DNA of 64,000 bases from an uncultured candidatus Porisulfidus sp. (GTDB lineage Bacteria > Pseudomonadota > Gammaproteobacteria > Poriferisulfidales > Poriferisulfidaceae): contig CBDASZ010000001.1 in the NCBI GenBank assembly GCA_965199755.1, forward strand, positions 326,178 through 390,177. Direction: 5' to 3'. The notes beneath the pieces were generated by a model. It worked only from the letters and a program-made list of their open reading frames with translations, did not search any database and had not been told where the DNA came from. This document shows positions 39,174 to 50,300 of this stretch, piece by piece. Position 1 is the first letter of the stretch. The number at the start of each line of letters is the position of its first letter. Both the position numbers and the translations under genes were made by a program.

Positions 39174-40721
39174 ATGAGTAGCTACTCACGCCACGTTGCT
39201 GCGTCAGTTGTTTTTTTCTTCGCGCTTTCGCCCCCAGCCATCGGACTTGCCTTCGCGGATGAGCTCGAACAGTTAAAGCGTGAAAACGTACAGATGAAGG
39301 AGATGCTCATGCAGATGCAGGAGCAGCTTCAGAGCGTTATCGCCAAGACCAATGCAATGGAAAGTCAGGTTGAGGCTAATAAGGAAGACATCACGATTAA
39401 GACCACAGGTGGTGGGATTCAGGTGAAATCCAGCAACGGCGACACGTTTAAGGTTGGCGGTCGATTGATGCTCGATCATGACTCCTATGATTCATTCTGG
39501 AACGGAGGCGATGGTTCTGCGGAGGAGAACGAAATTCGCCGTTCACGGATCACCTTCAGCGGCAATTCAGGCAAGAACTGGGCGTACAAGTTAACCGTTG
39601 ATATTGACCACGAAGACGAAAACGCTTCCATAGATACGGGTTGGTTGCAATATTCCGAGGGCGGTGTTGGCGTAAAAGTGGGTAAGTTCGGGCGTCCCGG
39701 CATGATCGAGGAGCGCACCAGTTCCAAGTGGATTTCCACGATTGAACGTTCCATCATCAATGAATTGGCTGGCGCGACCATCAGCAAACCCAATTTTGGC
39801 GGTGTGGCACTGAGCTATAAGACCGAGGGTGATCTGCCGATGAGTGCCGAGTTCGGTGTGTATGACGACGAGATCGACGAGGACGATGGTTCAGATATCT
39901 ACGGGATTGGTTACCGCTTGGCCATCTCGCCGGAATTTGGCGACAACTCCTTCGCACATTTGGGTGCTTCCGGGTATTCTGTAGATTACAAGGGTCAGGA
40001 TCTGCGCATGCGCTCACGTATGGGTGTTCACACCGCAGGCCGTCCGTTCGAGACCCGGAAAATGGCGACGGATGATATTACGCAGGTGGGTGTTGAACTG
40101 GCGTATGTTCGCGGACCTTTCTCGCTGCAGGCTGAATACATGAATGTGGAGTCAGACGGGACCGATAACGGAGCATGCGTGCCCCCTGAGGTGGCGATCA
40201 AACGCAATGACGGTGGGTCGGCAGTCCGAGATGATGATGGCAAAGTCCAGTTGGATTCATCAGCCAGCAATACCTGTGATATGGAGATGGATGGTTTCTA
40301 CTTGCAGGCTGCTTATACGCTGACTGGAGAGACCCGTGGCTACAAAGCCGGTTCAGGTGCCTTCGCCGCGATCAAGCCGAAAAGCGCAAGCGGTGCTTGG
40401 GAGTTGGTCGCGCGTTATGAAGATGCGGAAGTCGACGTTGATGCACAAGGTTTGAATTCTGAGTTGAACCGCATGGTGCTGGGCCTCAACTGGTACGCCA
40501 ACAAGAACCTCAAGTTCATGTTGAACTATGTCGATTCGGAAATAGATGGCTGCTATGGCAATATGTGGATGGTCGACAGGGATGTGTCATTTGAGAGTGT
40601 TCCCTCGGACAATGTAGACCACGCCAGCGGTGATGGTATGTTCGTGCATAAAGCTTGTGGAAATGGCATGGATAAAGATGACGGCAATGCCATTTCACTG
40701 CGAGCCCAGTACGTGTTCTGA
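39174..40721 (+). CDS. phosphate-selective porin O/P family protein with N-terminal coiled-coil
   Basis: Start MSSYSRHVAASVVFFFALSPPAIGLAFA (signal), coiled coil ELEQLKRENVQMKEMLMQMQEQLQ, beta-barrel body ending ...AISLRAQYVF (C-terminal Phe). OprO/P-like blocks (GRLMLDHD, LNWYANKNLKFMLNY). Confidence 0.7.
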   Translation: MSSYSRHVAASVVFFFALSPPAIGLAFADELEQLKRENVQMKEMLMQMQEQLQSVIAKTNAMESQVEANKEDITIKTTGGGIQVKSSNGDTFKVGGRLMLDHDSYDSFWNGGDGSAEENEIRRSRITFSGNSGKNWAYKLTVDIDHEDENASIDTGWLQYSEGGVGVKVGKFGRPGMIEERTSSKWISTIERSIINELAGATISKPNFGGVALSYKTEGDLPMSAEFGVYDDEIDEDDGSDIYGIGYRLAISPEFGDNSFAHLGASGYSVDYKGQDLRMRSRMGVHTAGRPFETRKMATDDITQVGVELAYVRGPFSLQAEYMNVESDGTDNGACVPPEVAIKRNDGGSAVRDDDGKVQLDSSASNTCDMEMDGFYLQAAYTLTGETRGYKAGSGAFAAIKPKSASGAWELVARYEDAEVDVDAQGLNSELNRMVLGLNWYANKNLKFMLNYVDSEIDGCYGNMWMVDRDVSFESVPSDNVDHASGDGMFVHKACGNGMDKDDGNAISLRAQYVF

Positions 40722-40917
40722 CCCCGACAAGAAACAATCAGGCGTGTTCGCAATGTCTGAGGGCCAACTACAGAAACCCACTGCTTAGGGAAACTGAGTG
40801 CGGATTTTTATCGCATTTCCCTTCAATATGTTAAACTCCAAGTCCATGATTCTTGCCGAATTCCCATCTGTTGCGGATTCGGGCCGGAGCGATCCGATGC
40901 CATTTCCTCTCTGGTCG

Positions 40918-41979
40918 ATGCGACCGATCTCCCTTTACCGACTGCGTTGCCTGTCTCTGGCGATGCTGTGCGCCTTGTTCGGGACTGCTCCTGTGCATGC
41001 GCTGTCAGACGGGGAAGTCGACAGTCTGCTCGATGAGGGAGAGAGAATGCAGGCGCTGATGGTGCGCATGCAAACACAACTGGGACAACCCGCCTTGGCG
41101 GGTGCTCTCAGGCCCACAAATTCCGCACGTCGCACCAGAATACAGAGTCTCTCGCCATGGGCACCCATGTCCGCCATGCTGGAAAGCTCGCTGCGCGAGC
41201 GCTGGTTCCAGTCGATTGAGCGTGGCGTGTTAGGTGTGTTCTCTCAAGTGCCGAGTGCTTGGGAAAACGAAGGCCAAACCACCGTACCGGTGGGTTTCGT
41301 CAGAGGTGAAGAGTCGCCCTGGTACGGAGCCTTGCAGGTGCACAGCCCCACCTCAGGGTCTGGGGTGGCTTCCGCTTCCGGGATCGCCGGGGTTCGGGCC
41401 AGACTGGCAGTAGCACCGACGTTTGAAGACGGCAGTTTCCTGCATTTCGGCGTCTCCTTCCATTCGATGGACACCACGATGCGACGCCCGGAACTGGCTA
41501 TCCAGGACCCGGAGCACACAGGCGTGAAGAACTTCAGCCGCGCCCTTGGCGTTGACCTCGGATACGTGCAGGGAGATTACGCGGTGCAAGCGCAGTATCT
41601 CACCTCAACCGGACGCGACCCGGAACAGCTGTACTGGGGCTCATCCTCCGATCGCAAACGCTCGCGTGACGGGTTTTACATCAGCGGTGCCTGGAGACTG
41701 AGTGGTGAACAGACACCGGATCGTTATGCGCCCGGCCTGCTGACGCACCTGCAGCCACGCGACGAGGAAGGTGTCTGGGATGTCGTGGTGCGTTATGCCA
41801 ATCTCGGCGAATCTCCCAGCGACTCAAGACGCAACCCTTCGGGTTCCATGGCTCTGGGTGTGCACTGGCGCGCCAATCCGACCTTCGCACTGGAGTTGGA
41901 TTTTGTAGAGGGAAGTGGCGAGAGTCTGGACTTGCCGTTTGGCAGCGATCTGAGCCTGCGCGGCGTTTTCTCCTTCTGA
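40918..41979 (+). CDS. porin O/P-like outer membrane protein (second, tandem)
   Basis: Start MRPISLYRLRCLSLAMLCALFGTAPVHA (signal); ends ...LSLRGVFSF; ...ALGVHWRANPTFALELDFVEGSG resembles the C-terminal block of the upstream porin. Confidence 0.65.
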   Translation: MRPISLYRLRCLSLAMLCALFGTAPVHALSDGEVDSLLDEGERMQALMVRMQTQLGQPALAGALRPTNSARRTRIQSLSPWAPMSAMLESSLRERWFQSIERGVLGVFSQVPSAWENEGQTTVPVGFVRGEESPWYGALQVHSPTSGSGVASASGIAGVRARLAVAPTFEDGSFLHFGVSFHSMDTTMRRPELAIQDPEHTGVKNFSRALGVDLGYVQGDYAVQAQYLTSTGRDPEQLYWGSSSDRKRSRDGFYISGAWRLSGEQTPDRYAPGLLTHLQPRDEEGVWDVVVRYANLGESPSDSRRNPSGSMALGVHWRANPTFALELDFVEGSGESLDLPFGSDLSLRGVFSF

Positions 41980-42215
41980 TCTAATGCTTGTTGTGCTTGA
42001 GTGCAAACGGGAACGTTTGCTCTCCTTGCTGTGCTTGGTGTTTGCTGGGCAGGCTTCCGGTGCGAAGGCAACGTACAGGCAGGAACCGTCAGTTTCGTAA
42101 GTGTGATGATGAAATGATCCCCGGCTGACAGGAGGACAAAATTATCAGCCGGGGCTCAAAAGGGGCCGACATCCGTGTCAGCCATAAAGCCGGTTCATCC
42201 TGTCCGGCCGCTAAC

Positions 42216-42240
42216 CTCACTGGGAGGAGTGAGTTTTTTA
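42216..42240. terminator. bidirectional rho-independent terminator (ctcact-gggagg-agtgag + T6)
   Basis: 6-bp stem with T6 on the plus strand (ends the porin transcripts) and A-run/hairpin on the minus strand right at the stop of the 25-aa peptide gene. A larger hairpin ccccggctga...tcagccgggg lies at 42121-42156. Confidence 0.5.
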
Positions 42241-42315
42241 GTCGAGGTAGCCCCGCCGTGCCACGGCGTAGACCATTGCCCAGACAATTACTGCAAGTGC
42301 GATTTCAATTCCCAT
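42238..42315 (-). CDS. 25-aa hydrophobic single-TM peptide
   Basis: MGIEIALAVIVWAMVYAVARRGYLD*, preceded by AAAGAGG 7 nt upstream of ATG. Downstream of yciB on the same strand. Not in ORF table (too short). Confidence 0.4.
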   Translation of the reverse strand: MGIEIALAVIVWAMVYAVARRGYLD

Positions 42316-42532
42316 GTTTTAGACCTCTTTGGTTGTTGGAAAGTTCCTTATCAGAACTTGTATGAATACTAATATAAGGAAATTTTTATATAAGTCAAGT
42401 CCCGCATGTGTCATAAAAACAACACAGGCCCGTCTGCTATTTGGAAAGTTTCGGAATCTTGGGCCGGAAACAAGACTGGTTCGCGGTCTTATGCCTTATC
42501 TCATGCCTATTCTGTGTGAGGCATGACTTACT

Positions 42533-43156
42533 TCACTGTCGTCCTTCCAAATCCCTCAAATGCGGCGCGAGATAGACAAGTTGCGCTGCCAAAAACACCA
42601 CTGGCAGCCCAAGCGCCAGCCCGTACAGTTTGAACTGCACCCAGAAATCCTCAGGGAACTCATAAGCGACATACAGATTGAGTGCGCCGCCCAGCACAAA
42701 AAACCCCATCCAGATCACATTCAGGTTCCGCCACAGCCGCGCGTCTTCAAGCGGCAGACTGCGCGACAGCATGCGCTCCACCAGGGTTTTCGCTCCGATC
42801 CAGTGCGAAGCCATAAATCCAAGCGCCAGTGCCCAGTAGAATACGGTCGGCTTCCACTTGATGAACAGAGGATCCTTTAGCAACAGTGTGAGTCCGCCTG
42901 CGACCCAGACCACCAGCAACGCCGCCAGGTGCGTAGTGTTCAGATGGCCAATCCCCTTTAGAATGACACATTGCACCAGCATGGCCAGCATCAGGACCGC
43001 CGTCGCGAAATAAATGCGATCAACAGCCGCACCTGCGGTGAGTTCAACTTGCGATAATTCGCTGAACGATTCCACCCAAAGTGGCGGCACGTCAGAATAG
43101 AAGAAGTAGGCCACCACAAACAGCGCGACCGGGATGACTTCGAGGAACAGCTTCAT
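42533..43156 (-). CDS. yciB: intracellular septation protein A (YciB/IspZ family) inner-membrane protein
   Basis: MKLFLEVIPVALFVVAYFFY... collinear with E. coli YciB ([20 protein letters not shown]..., LKDPLFIKWKPTV vs NDEFIKWKVTV); 207 aa. Confidence 0.8.
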   Translation of the reverse strand: MKLFLEVIPVALFVVAYFFYSDVPPLWVESFSELSQVELTAGAAVDRIYFATAVLMLAMLVQCVILKGIGHLNTTHLAALLVVWVAGGLTLLLKDPLFIKWKPTVFYWALALGFMASHWIGAKTLVERMLSRSLPLEDARLWRNLNVIWMGFFVLGGALNLYVAYEFPEDFWVQFKLYGLALGLPVVFLAAQLVYLAPHLRDLEGRQ

Positions 43157-43189
43157 GCGCCGGAATTATAGGGGACAGGACTCAGGATC

Positions 43190-43801
43190 ATGACGCGCCG
43201 ACTGGAAATCCACCCCGAAAATCCCCAGCGTCGCCAGCTCCGCCAAGCTGCTGAGTTGTTGCATTCTGGCGGGTTGATTGTCTACCCGACCGATTCCTGT
43301 TACGCCTTCGGCTGCGCCGTCGGCGACAAGGCTTCCATGGAGGCGATCCGAAGACTACGCAGGGCAGGTCCAGGGCACAACTTCACGCTGGTCTGCCGGG
43401 ACTTGTCAGAACTGTCCATATACGCCCGTGTTGACAATACCGCGTATCGTTTGCTGAAAGCGTATACGCCAGGACCCTACACCTTCATTTTGGAGGCCAC
43501 ACGAGAAGTGCCGCGCCGATTAATGGAGCCGAAGCGTCGCACCATCGGCCTGCGCATCCCGGACCATCGCGTTGTCCAGGCGTTACTGGAAGAATATGGC
43601 GCACCGCTGATGAGTTGCACTTTGATGCTGCCGGAACTGGAAGAGCCGCCAGTCGAGCCTTATGACTTGCAGGACCGACTGCGTGGTCGCGTGGCGATGA
43701 TCATTGACAGCGGGTTTTGCCACAATGTGCCGACCACCGTGTTGGACCTGACCGAATCCATACCGCAGGTGCGCCGAGAAGGAGGCGGGACGTACCCGTG
43801 A
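43190..43801 (+). CDS. tsaC: L-threonylcarbamoyladenylate synthase (YrdC/TsaC family)
   Basis: LIVYPTDSCYAFGCAVGDKASMEAIRRLR...; 203 aa single-domain YrdC. Confidence 0.8.
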   Translation: MTRRLEIHPENPQRRQLRQAAELLHSGGLIVYPTDSCYAFGCAVGDKASMEAIRRLRRAGPGHNFTLVCRDLSELSIYARVDNTAYRLLKAYTPGPYTFILEATREVPRRLMEPKRRTIGLRIPDHRVVQALLEEYGAPLMSCTLMLPELEEPPVEPYDLQDRLRGRVAMIIDSGFCHNVPTTVLDLTESIPQVRREGGGTYP

Positions 43802-43967
43802 TCACAGCGATCAATTCCGACCGCCCTTACTATATAATTTCTGCCGTGTTCGCACCTGCCTCTTTTGTCGGTCGGCACACGCCCCAAATCTGCCATGTCG
43901 ACTCCGCAGCTACTTCTGATCCGGGCTGCTGCAATATGCTGTGCGCTACAGCCCAGTGCCTTCTGAC

Positions 43968-45182
43968 ATGAGTGGTGATCTCCCATCAAACTCGCGCGTG
44001 GTTTCCGGCATGCGCCCAACCGGGCGTTTGCACCTCGGCCACTACCACGGCGTCATCCAAAACTGGACCGAACTCCAACACCAGCACGAATGCTTTTTCT
44101 TCGTCGCTGACTGGCATGCGCTGACCACCCACTACGAAGAGACGCAACCGATAAGCGAGCATGTGTTCGACATGGTGGTCGATTGGCTGGCGTGCGGCCT
44201 CAGTCCCGGCGCGTGCGTCCTGTTTGTGCAGTCACGGGTGCCAGAACACGCAGAATTGCATCTGCTGCTATCCATGATCACACCGCTGAGTTGGCTGGAA
44301 CGCGTCCCCAGTTACAAGGACACTCAGGAGCAAAGCGACCGGGATCTTTCGACCTACGGGTTTCTGGGCTACCCGCTGCTGCAGGCCGCCGATATTCTCA
44401 TATACAAGGCGCGTGCTGTGCCGGTTGGTGAGGATCAACGCGCGCATATTGAGTTCACGCGCGAAGTCGCGCGACGCTTCAACCATCTGTATGGCAGTGA
44501 ACCGGACTTTGCCAAGCATGCGGAGCGCGCATTGGAGCGCCTGAACAAAACCGAAGCACGTCTGTACCGCCAGTGGCGGCGAGAGTTTCAGGAGCAGGGC
44601 AATATCGAATCCCTCGGTGCGGCCAGAGAGTTGCTGCGCTCAATGCAAAATCTGCCCATCGGAGAACTGGAACGGTTGGATGGCTATCTGGAAGGGGAGT
44701 GCCGGGTGATTCTCCCGGAACCACAGGAATATCTGACCAAAGCGGCGAAAGTGCCCGGACTCGACGGGCGCAAGATGTCCAAGTCCTACCAGAACACGAT
44801 CGAGTTGCGTGAAGAGCCGGATACCCTTAAGAGAAAACTCATGGGAATGATGACGGACCCGGCGCGTAAGCGCCGCACCGATCCCGGTGACCCGGAGAAA
44901 TGCCCGGTCTGGGATCTGCACCAGATCTATTCCGACGAGGACACGCGCACATGGGTGCAGCAGGGTTGCCGCAGCGCTGACATCGGTTGTATTGATTGTA
45001 AGGGTCGGGTTCTGGAACGTCTGGTCGAGGAGCTGCGCCCGATCCGTGAAGACGCCCGGAAATATCTGTCGGACAAAGCCAGTGTCATGGACATGATTCA
45101 CGAAGGCTGTGAAGCCGCCCGCGATGCGGCGCGCGATACGCTCGAAGACGTCAGCGCGGCGATGAGGCTGATCGATGACTGA
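43968..45182 (+). CDS. trpS: tryptophan--tRNA ligase with ~65-aa insertion before KMSKS
   Basis: GMRPTGRLHLGHYHG (HIGH-type), ...GLDGRKMSKSYQN (KMSKS). ~404 aa vs ~335 typical because of insert SEPDFAKHAERALERLNKTEARLYRQWRREFQEQGNIESLGAARELLRSMQNLPIGELERLDGYLEGEC. Confidence 0.85.
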   Translation: MSGDLPSNSRVVSGMRPTGRLHLGHYHGVIQNWTELQHQHECFFFVADWHALTTHYEETQPISEHVFDMVVDWLACGLSPGACVLFVQSRVPEHAELHLLLSMITPLSWLERVPSYKDTQEQSDRDLSTYGFLGYPLLQAADILIYKARAVPVGEDQRAHIEFTREVARRFNHLYGSEPDFAKHAERALERLNKTEARLYRQWRREFQEQGNIESLGAARELLRSMQNLPIGELERLDGYLEGECRVILPEPQEYLTKAAKVPGLDGRKMSKSYQNTIELREEPDTLKRKLMGMMTDPARKRRTDPGDPEKCPVWDLHQIYSDEDTRTWVQQGCRSADIGCIDCKGRVLERLVEELRPIREDARKYLSDKASVMDMIHEGCEAARDAARDTLEDVSAAMRLIDD

Positions 45183-46011
45183 AGCAGTCCCAACTCCGGC
45201 CCAGCGTGAAATTCCGCTGGCCATGCTCAACGGTGAGGAAATCACGCAGTTGCCTGATGGGCTGTACATCCCGCCTGACGCACTGGAAGTGTTTCTGGAT
45301 GAGTTCGAGGGGCCGCTCGACCTCTTGCTGTATCTGATCCGGCGACAAAACCTCGACATTCTGGATCTGCCGGTCGCCAAAATCACCGATCAGTACCTGC
45401 AGTACATCGCCTTGATGAACGAACTGCAACTGGAACTGGCTTCTGAATATCTGGTGATGGCGGCCTTGCTGGCCGAGATCAAGTCCCGCTCCCTGTTGCC
45501 GCTGCCGCCAAGTGATGATGACGAAGAGGATTTGCGCGAGGAACTGATTCGCCGCCTGCAGGAATACGAGCGCTTCAAGAACGCGGCTAACGAACTCGAT
45601 CAAGTGCCCAGACTGGAGCGCGACATGTTCGACTTCACTCTGGAGGCCGCGGAGCTGGAAATTCCTCGTCCGCTGCCGCGTGTTGACGTGCACGAATTGC
45701 TCATGGCGCTGCAGTCCATGGAACTGCGCGTGCAATTCAATCAAGCGCACCAGATTGAGACGGAGACCTTGTCGGTGCGGGATCGTATGTCCCAGGTTAT
45801 GGAGCGTGTCACTCAGGACTCCGACTGCGCCTTCCACCAGTTATACAGCTTGGAGGAAGGAAATATGGGAGTGGGCGTCACGCTGCTGGCGCTGCTCGAA
45901 CTGCTGGCGCTGAACCTGATCGTGTGTGAACAGGAAGAAAATTACGGCCCGATCCGCATCCGCCGACAGGTCGGGGCAGAACCCCCGCAGGAAGTTGCAA
46001 GCCATGTCTGA
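45175..46011 (+). CDS. scpA: segregation and condensation protein A
   Basis: LDEFEGPLDLLLYLIRRQNLDILDLPVAKITDQYLQYI... Confidence 0.85.
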   Translation: MTEAVPTPAQREIPLAMLNGEEITQLPDGLYIPPDALEVFLDEFEGPLDLLLYLIRRQNLDILDLPVAKITDQYLQYIALMNELQLELASEYLVMAALLAEIKSRSLLPLPPSDDDEEDLREELIRRLQEYERFKNAANELDQVPRLERDMFDFTLEAAELEIPRPLPRVDVHELLMALQSMELRVQFNQAHQIETETLSVRDRMSQVMERVTQDSDCAFHQLYSLEEGNMGVGVTLLALLELLALNLIVCEQEENYGPIRIRRQVGAEPPQEVASHV

Positions 46012-46618
46012 GTTCACCATCAAGGGAGCGGTGCAGGCCGCATTGCTGGTGGCGGACGCACCATTGTCGCTGGATGATTTGCGCAAGTTGTTCTCCGCAT
46101 CGGAAGGCCCAGACACGGAGGAGTTGAAGGCCGCGCTTGCGGAACTGGAATCTGAATGCGCGTCATGCAGTTTCTCGCTGGTGCGCGTCGCCAGCGGTTG
46201 GCGTTATCAGGTGGATGCCGGATACGCGCAGATCATAGGACGTCTTTGGGAACGTCGCCCGCCGCGCTACTCAGCCGCCTTGCTGGAGACACTGGCCCTG
46301 ATTGCATACCGTCAGCCGATTACGCGCGGTGAGATTGAGCGTGTGCGCGGTGTGGCCTCCAGCACGCAGATCATGCAAACTTTGACCGAGCGCAACTGGG
46401 TGCGTATCGCTGGCTACAAGCAAACCCCGGGACGCCCGGCACTGTACGCGACGACCAAGGACTTCCTTGATTATTTTGGCCTGAAAAACCTCAAAGAATT
46501 GCCGGCGCTGCCGGAGTTGCCGTCCCCGGAAGAAGCCGATCCGCAGTTGCCGATGCCAGGAATGGCTCCGCCACCGGATGTCGAGACGCCGGAGTCTGAT
46601 ACTGACGATGCCGCCTGA
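46004..46618 (+). CDS. scpB: segregation and condensation protein B
   Basis: [30 protein letters not shown]...AYRQPITRGEIERVRGV; ATG at 46004 overlaps scpA stop. Confidence 0.85.
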   Translation: MSEFTIKGAVQAALLVADAPLSLDDLRKLFSASEGPDTEELKAALAELESECASCSFSLVRVASGWRYQVDAGYAQIIGRLWERRPPRYSAALLETLALIAYRQPITRGEIERVRGVASSTQIMQTLTERNWVRIAGYKQTPGRPALYATTKDFLDYFGLKNLKELPALPELPSPEEADPQLPMPGMAPPPDVETPESDTDDAA

Positions 46619-47357
46619 GCCGGCCGACGCGCCGACGCGCATCCAAAAACTTGTTGCCGATGCCGGTCTGGCTTCGCGCCGTCAGGCGGAAGCCTGGATC
46701 GTGGCTGGTCGCGTGCTGTTAAACGGCAAACCCGCCCGACCCGGCGATCGAGCCGGTGCGCAGGATGTAGTCACCGTTGACGGACAGCCGCTCCAGATTG
46801 CTGCCGCCGCATCCCGCCAGGTCGCGGCCTATCACAAGCCCCGCGGCCAGGTGACGACGCGCTCTGATGAGCAGGGCCGCCCCACGGTGTTCTCCGCCTT
46901 GCCGTCGGTCGCACAAGGCCGCTGGATCAGCGTCGGCCGTCTGGACTTGCAGACTTCAGGATTGTTGCTGATGACCACGGACGGTGCGTTGGCCAACCGT
47001 CTGATGCACCCAAGCAGTCAGATTCAGCGCCGCTATCAGGTACGTGTGCGCGGTGTGGCGAGTCGGGAGCAATTGCAGCGTCTGGAGCTTGGGGTGCGAC
47101 TCGACGATGGCAAAGCCTGTTTTGAGTACGTGCGTCCCGGCTCAGGTCAGGGGGTGAATCGCTGGTATGAAGTGGCGTTGCGCGAGGGGCGCAATCGAGA
47201 AGTGCGCCGCCTGTGGCAGGCGGTCGGACTTGAAGTCAGCCGTCTGATCCGAATCGGCTACGGTCCGATAGCACTGGACCGCACACAACGTGCGGGAGAA
47301 TTGCGTTGGCTGTCGGATCGAGAGATTCGCGCGCTTGAGCGCGCCTGCGCGGCGTGA
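46608..47357 (+). CDS. rluB: ribosomal large subunit pseudouridine synthase B (RsuA/RluB family)
   Basis: S4 domain RIQKLVADAGLASRRQAEAWIVAGRVLLNGKP, catalytic GRLDLQTSGLLLMTTDG; overlaps scpB stop. Confidence 0.8.
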   Translation: MPPEPADAPTRIQKLVADAGLASRRQAEAWIVAGRVLLNGKPARPGDRAGAQDVVTVDGQPLQIAAAASRQVAAYHKPRGQVTTRSDEQGRPTVFSALPSVAQGRWISVGRLDLQTSGLLLMTTDGALANRLMHPSSQIQRRYQVRVRGVASREQLQRLELGVRLDDGKACFEYVRPGSGQGVNRWYEVALREGRNREVRRLWQAVGLEVSRLIRIGYGPIALDRTQRAGELRWLSDREIRALERACAA

Positions 47358-47361
47358 CGAC

Positions 47362-50300
47362 TTAAAAACTCCACGTCATGCCGAGTTTGAAGCGCCGTCC
47401 TTTGGGATCATGCGTGAGGCCGTCATAGCCGCTCTCCAGATTGATCCGTGGCGGTCTCTCATCGGTCACATTCAACAGACTCAGGACCAAGGCGATATCT
47501 TGTTCCGGCATGCGCCACATAAACGTCGCATCCCACGTGATGTGACTTTCAATATGCGGAGCGTACTGGCCGCCGGGTTCGTCATACGATGAAATGTAAT
47601 TGAAGTGGTTCGACAGGATATAGTTGCCCCAGCCATAACTCAGTCCCAGCGACCCCTTCCATTCGGGGAGGGCGACGGCCAGAGGGTGGCCGAAATTCAA
47701 GCGGCCAGCACCGTCGCGCGCAGGCTCCATCTCAATGCCATTGAGGGAGAACGCCTTGACGTCATAGTCGATGGTATAGGTGAAATCCAAAGTCGCATTC
47801 AACGTGCCGGGCTCAATGTCAAACGCCCCGGTCCAGCGAAAATCCACACCGGAAGTCTCCAGTCCCGGCCAGTTGACCAGCGGCACCACCATGCGCGTCA
47901 TGTCTACAGCCGCGCAGGGTTCCTCACCTCGCGCCACAATGTCCGATCCCCGCCCGCCCGGACACACCACGTATTCGGCGACTGAATTGCGGACGGCGGC
48001 ATCGCGGCTGGCGTAGATTCCGGCGATGCTGGCGTAGGGTGCTGAGGCGATCACATCGTCAAATTCGTATTTCCAGTAATCCACTGTGATATTGTGTCCG
48101 TCCTCGGTCTCCACGATCAGCCCGAAGTTGTAGGTCAACGCTTCTTCAGGCTCCAGACCGCTGCTGCCAATCCGATCCACCGCGATGTAGCCGCCGGTCG
48201 GGGCCACCCACTCCAGAGTCGTCAGCGGATTTTCGTTGATATCGTCCACCGACGGGGTGCGGAAGGTGGTCTGCACCGAGCCGCGCAGTGTCAGCGCGTC
48301 GGTGGCACGCCACAGCACCGCCAGCCGCGGATCAAAACTGCTGTTCTCCTTGTAGTCTTCATAGTTCGCGGCCAACTGGATGTCCCAGTCCTCCCCCCAG
48401 CTGAACGCCACCTCGCCGTAGGCGCGGTTGGCCGTATGGTGGACATCGTAACCCGCGTACAGACTGCTGAAAATGTATGGTCCTATCTGATCCTTTTGGA
48501 ACCCTTCCTGATAGCCATCCTCGCCGGGTATGCAGCTGCGGTCGAAGCGCACCGGGCAGGGGTGCACCTCAATATTGCCTTCGGTATTGGGTGTTGCGCG
48601 CGCTTCAAAGCGACGCCATTGATAACCCAGAGCATAACTGGCGATGCCAGGAATCCATTCTTCACTGAGCGTGAAGTCAAACACCAGCAGATCTGCTTCG
48701 CTCTCCAGATTTGCCAATCCGCTATTCAGCCAGTTGAGCATCTCCGGCGAGTTCGCCAGTTCCGGGCGGAAGGTCGGATTCGCATTGTTTCTGAACTCCG
48801 CACCGGGCTGTGCTGAAAACTGTGAAGAATTGCTAAACGGGTTGTAATACTCACAGTTGCCTTCCCCCGGCCTCAAGCCCATCGGATTGTCCACGCGCAT
48901 CTTGGCCGCTAGACCGTAGTCGGCCGTCACCCCTACGCCACAGTCCGGCCCGCCGAAGCCGCGATAGGCGAGAAACAGCCTCTCGGTGTACACGCCCGGT
49001 GAATTGATGTTGCCGCGCGAGTGCGAGTAATTCAGGCCTAGGTCGTATTGGTATTCGGAATCTCCGAGTTCAAATATCCCATCCAGTGATCCAGCCAGCC
49101 GCCAAGTGCGCATCTCACGCTCGGCTGTAGTGCCGGTGCCCTGATTGCCAACCGGGCGACCGCGGAAATACCAGGGATGGGCTTCAGCGCAATCGGCAAC
49201 ATCAGGATAGTCCGCGCAAAAGGCCAGTCTTCCCGGATGGTCCGCGCCGACCTCCATGACGTTGGAGGACAGCAGTACGAAGGGCGGAAAGGTCGGGCTG
49301 GTCAGATACTTCGGCACCTCGGAGCGAGCCCACAAGGCTTCCAGATGCCAGGTGCCCGAATCGCCCCAGTCACCGTTGAGTTCTCCGAATAGCCGCGTAT
49401 AGCGGGTGTCAGGGATCACGTTGTCAAATGGCTGATACCGGAACCGGCAGGTCCAGGGTTCCTGGTAGCCGCCAAACTCTTCGCATAACGGGTCCTGAAT
49501 GATGACGCCGGGTTTTCGTGCGCCCATGCTGTCCGTAGGATAAAACACGCCGGGGTTGCCGACACTCGACCAGCCGCCGCGCTGATCCCCACCTTCCCAA
49601 GGCATCAAAAGATGACCGCGCTCTTCCATGGACAATTGTGTGCGGTGTTCGTACTCTGCGCTCAGTACGGCATGCGCCTCGCCGAGGCTGCCGCCCCAAA
49701 TGCCGCCCAGAATGGTGTTGCCGGCACCCGATATCGCATCGTGTGATGCCGACAGATCGAATCCTTCAAAGTCGTCGCGCGTGACGAAATTGACCACGCC
49801 GCTGACCGCGTCCGAGCCGTAAATCGCCGCGGCTCCCTCCTTGAGAATATCCACCTGCTTGATCGCCGTGGTCGGAATATGGTTGGTGTCGACAAAGCGC
49901 CCGCCGATCAGACGCGCCGGCAGATACACTTGCCGCCGGCCGTTCAAAAGCACCAGCGTTCGGGACGCCCCGAGCCCGCGCAGATTGACATTACCGACGC
50001 TGGTTCCAATCGTATTGGCCTGACCTGAGTTGAAATAACTGTTGACATCGCCGACCACGCCATGACTGGCCCCGATGCTCTTGAATAAATCGTTGAGCAC
50101 CGGAAACCCCCGATCCTCCAGCGAGGAGCGGTTCATGGAGGTCAAGGCGTACGCGGAGTCAATCGGTGTCCCCTTGATGGAGGTGCCGGTCACCGTGATC
50201 TCTTCGGTAGCCTCTTGTTCTGATAGGGCCAGATTCGGGAGCATCAGTCCCAGCACTGCTGACAACAGCAGGGTTGCGGGTACTTTCTGGCGGCGGATTT

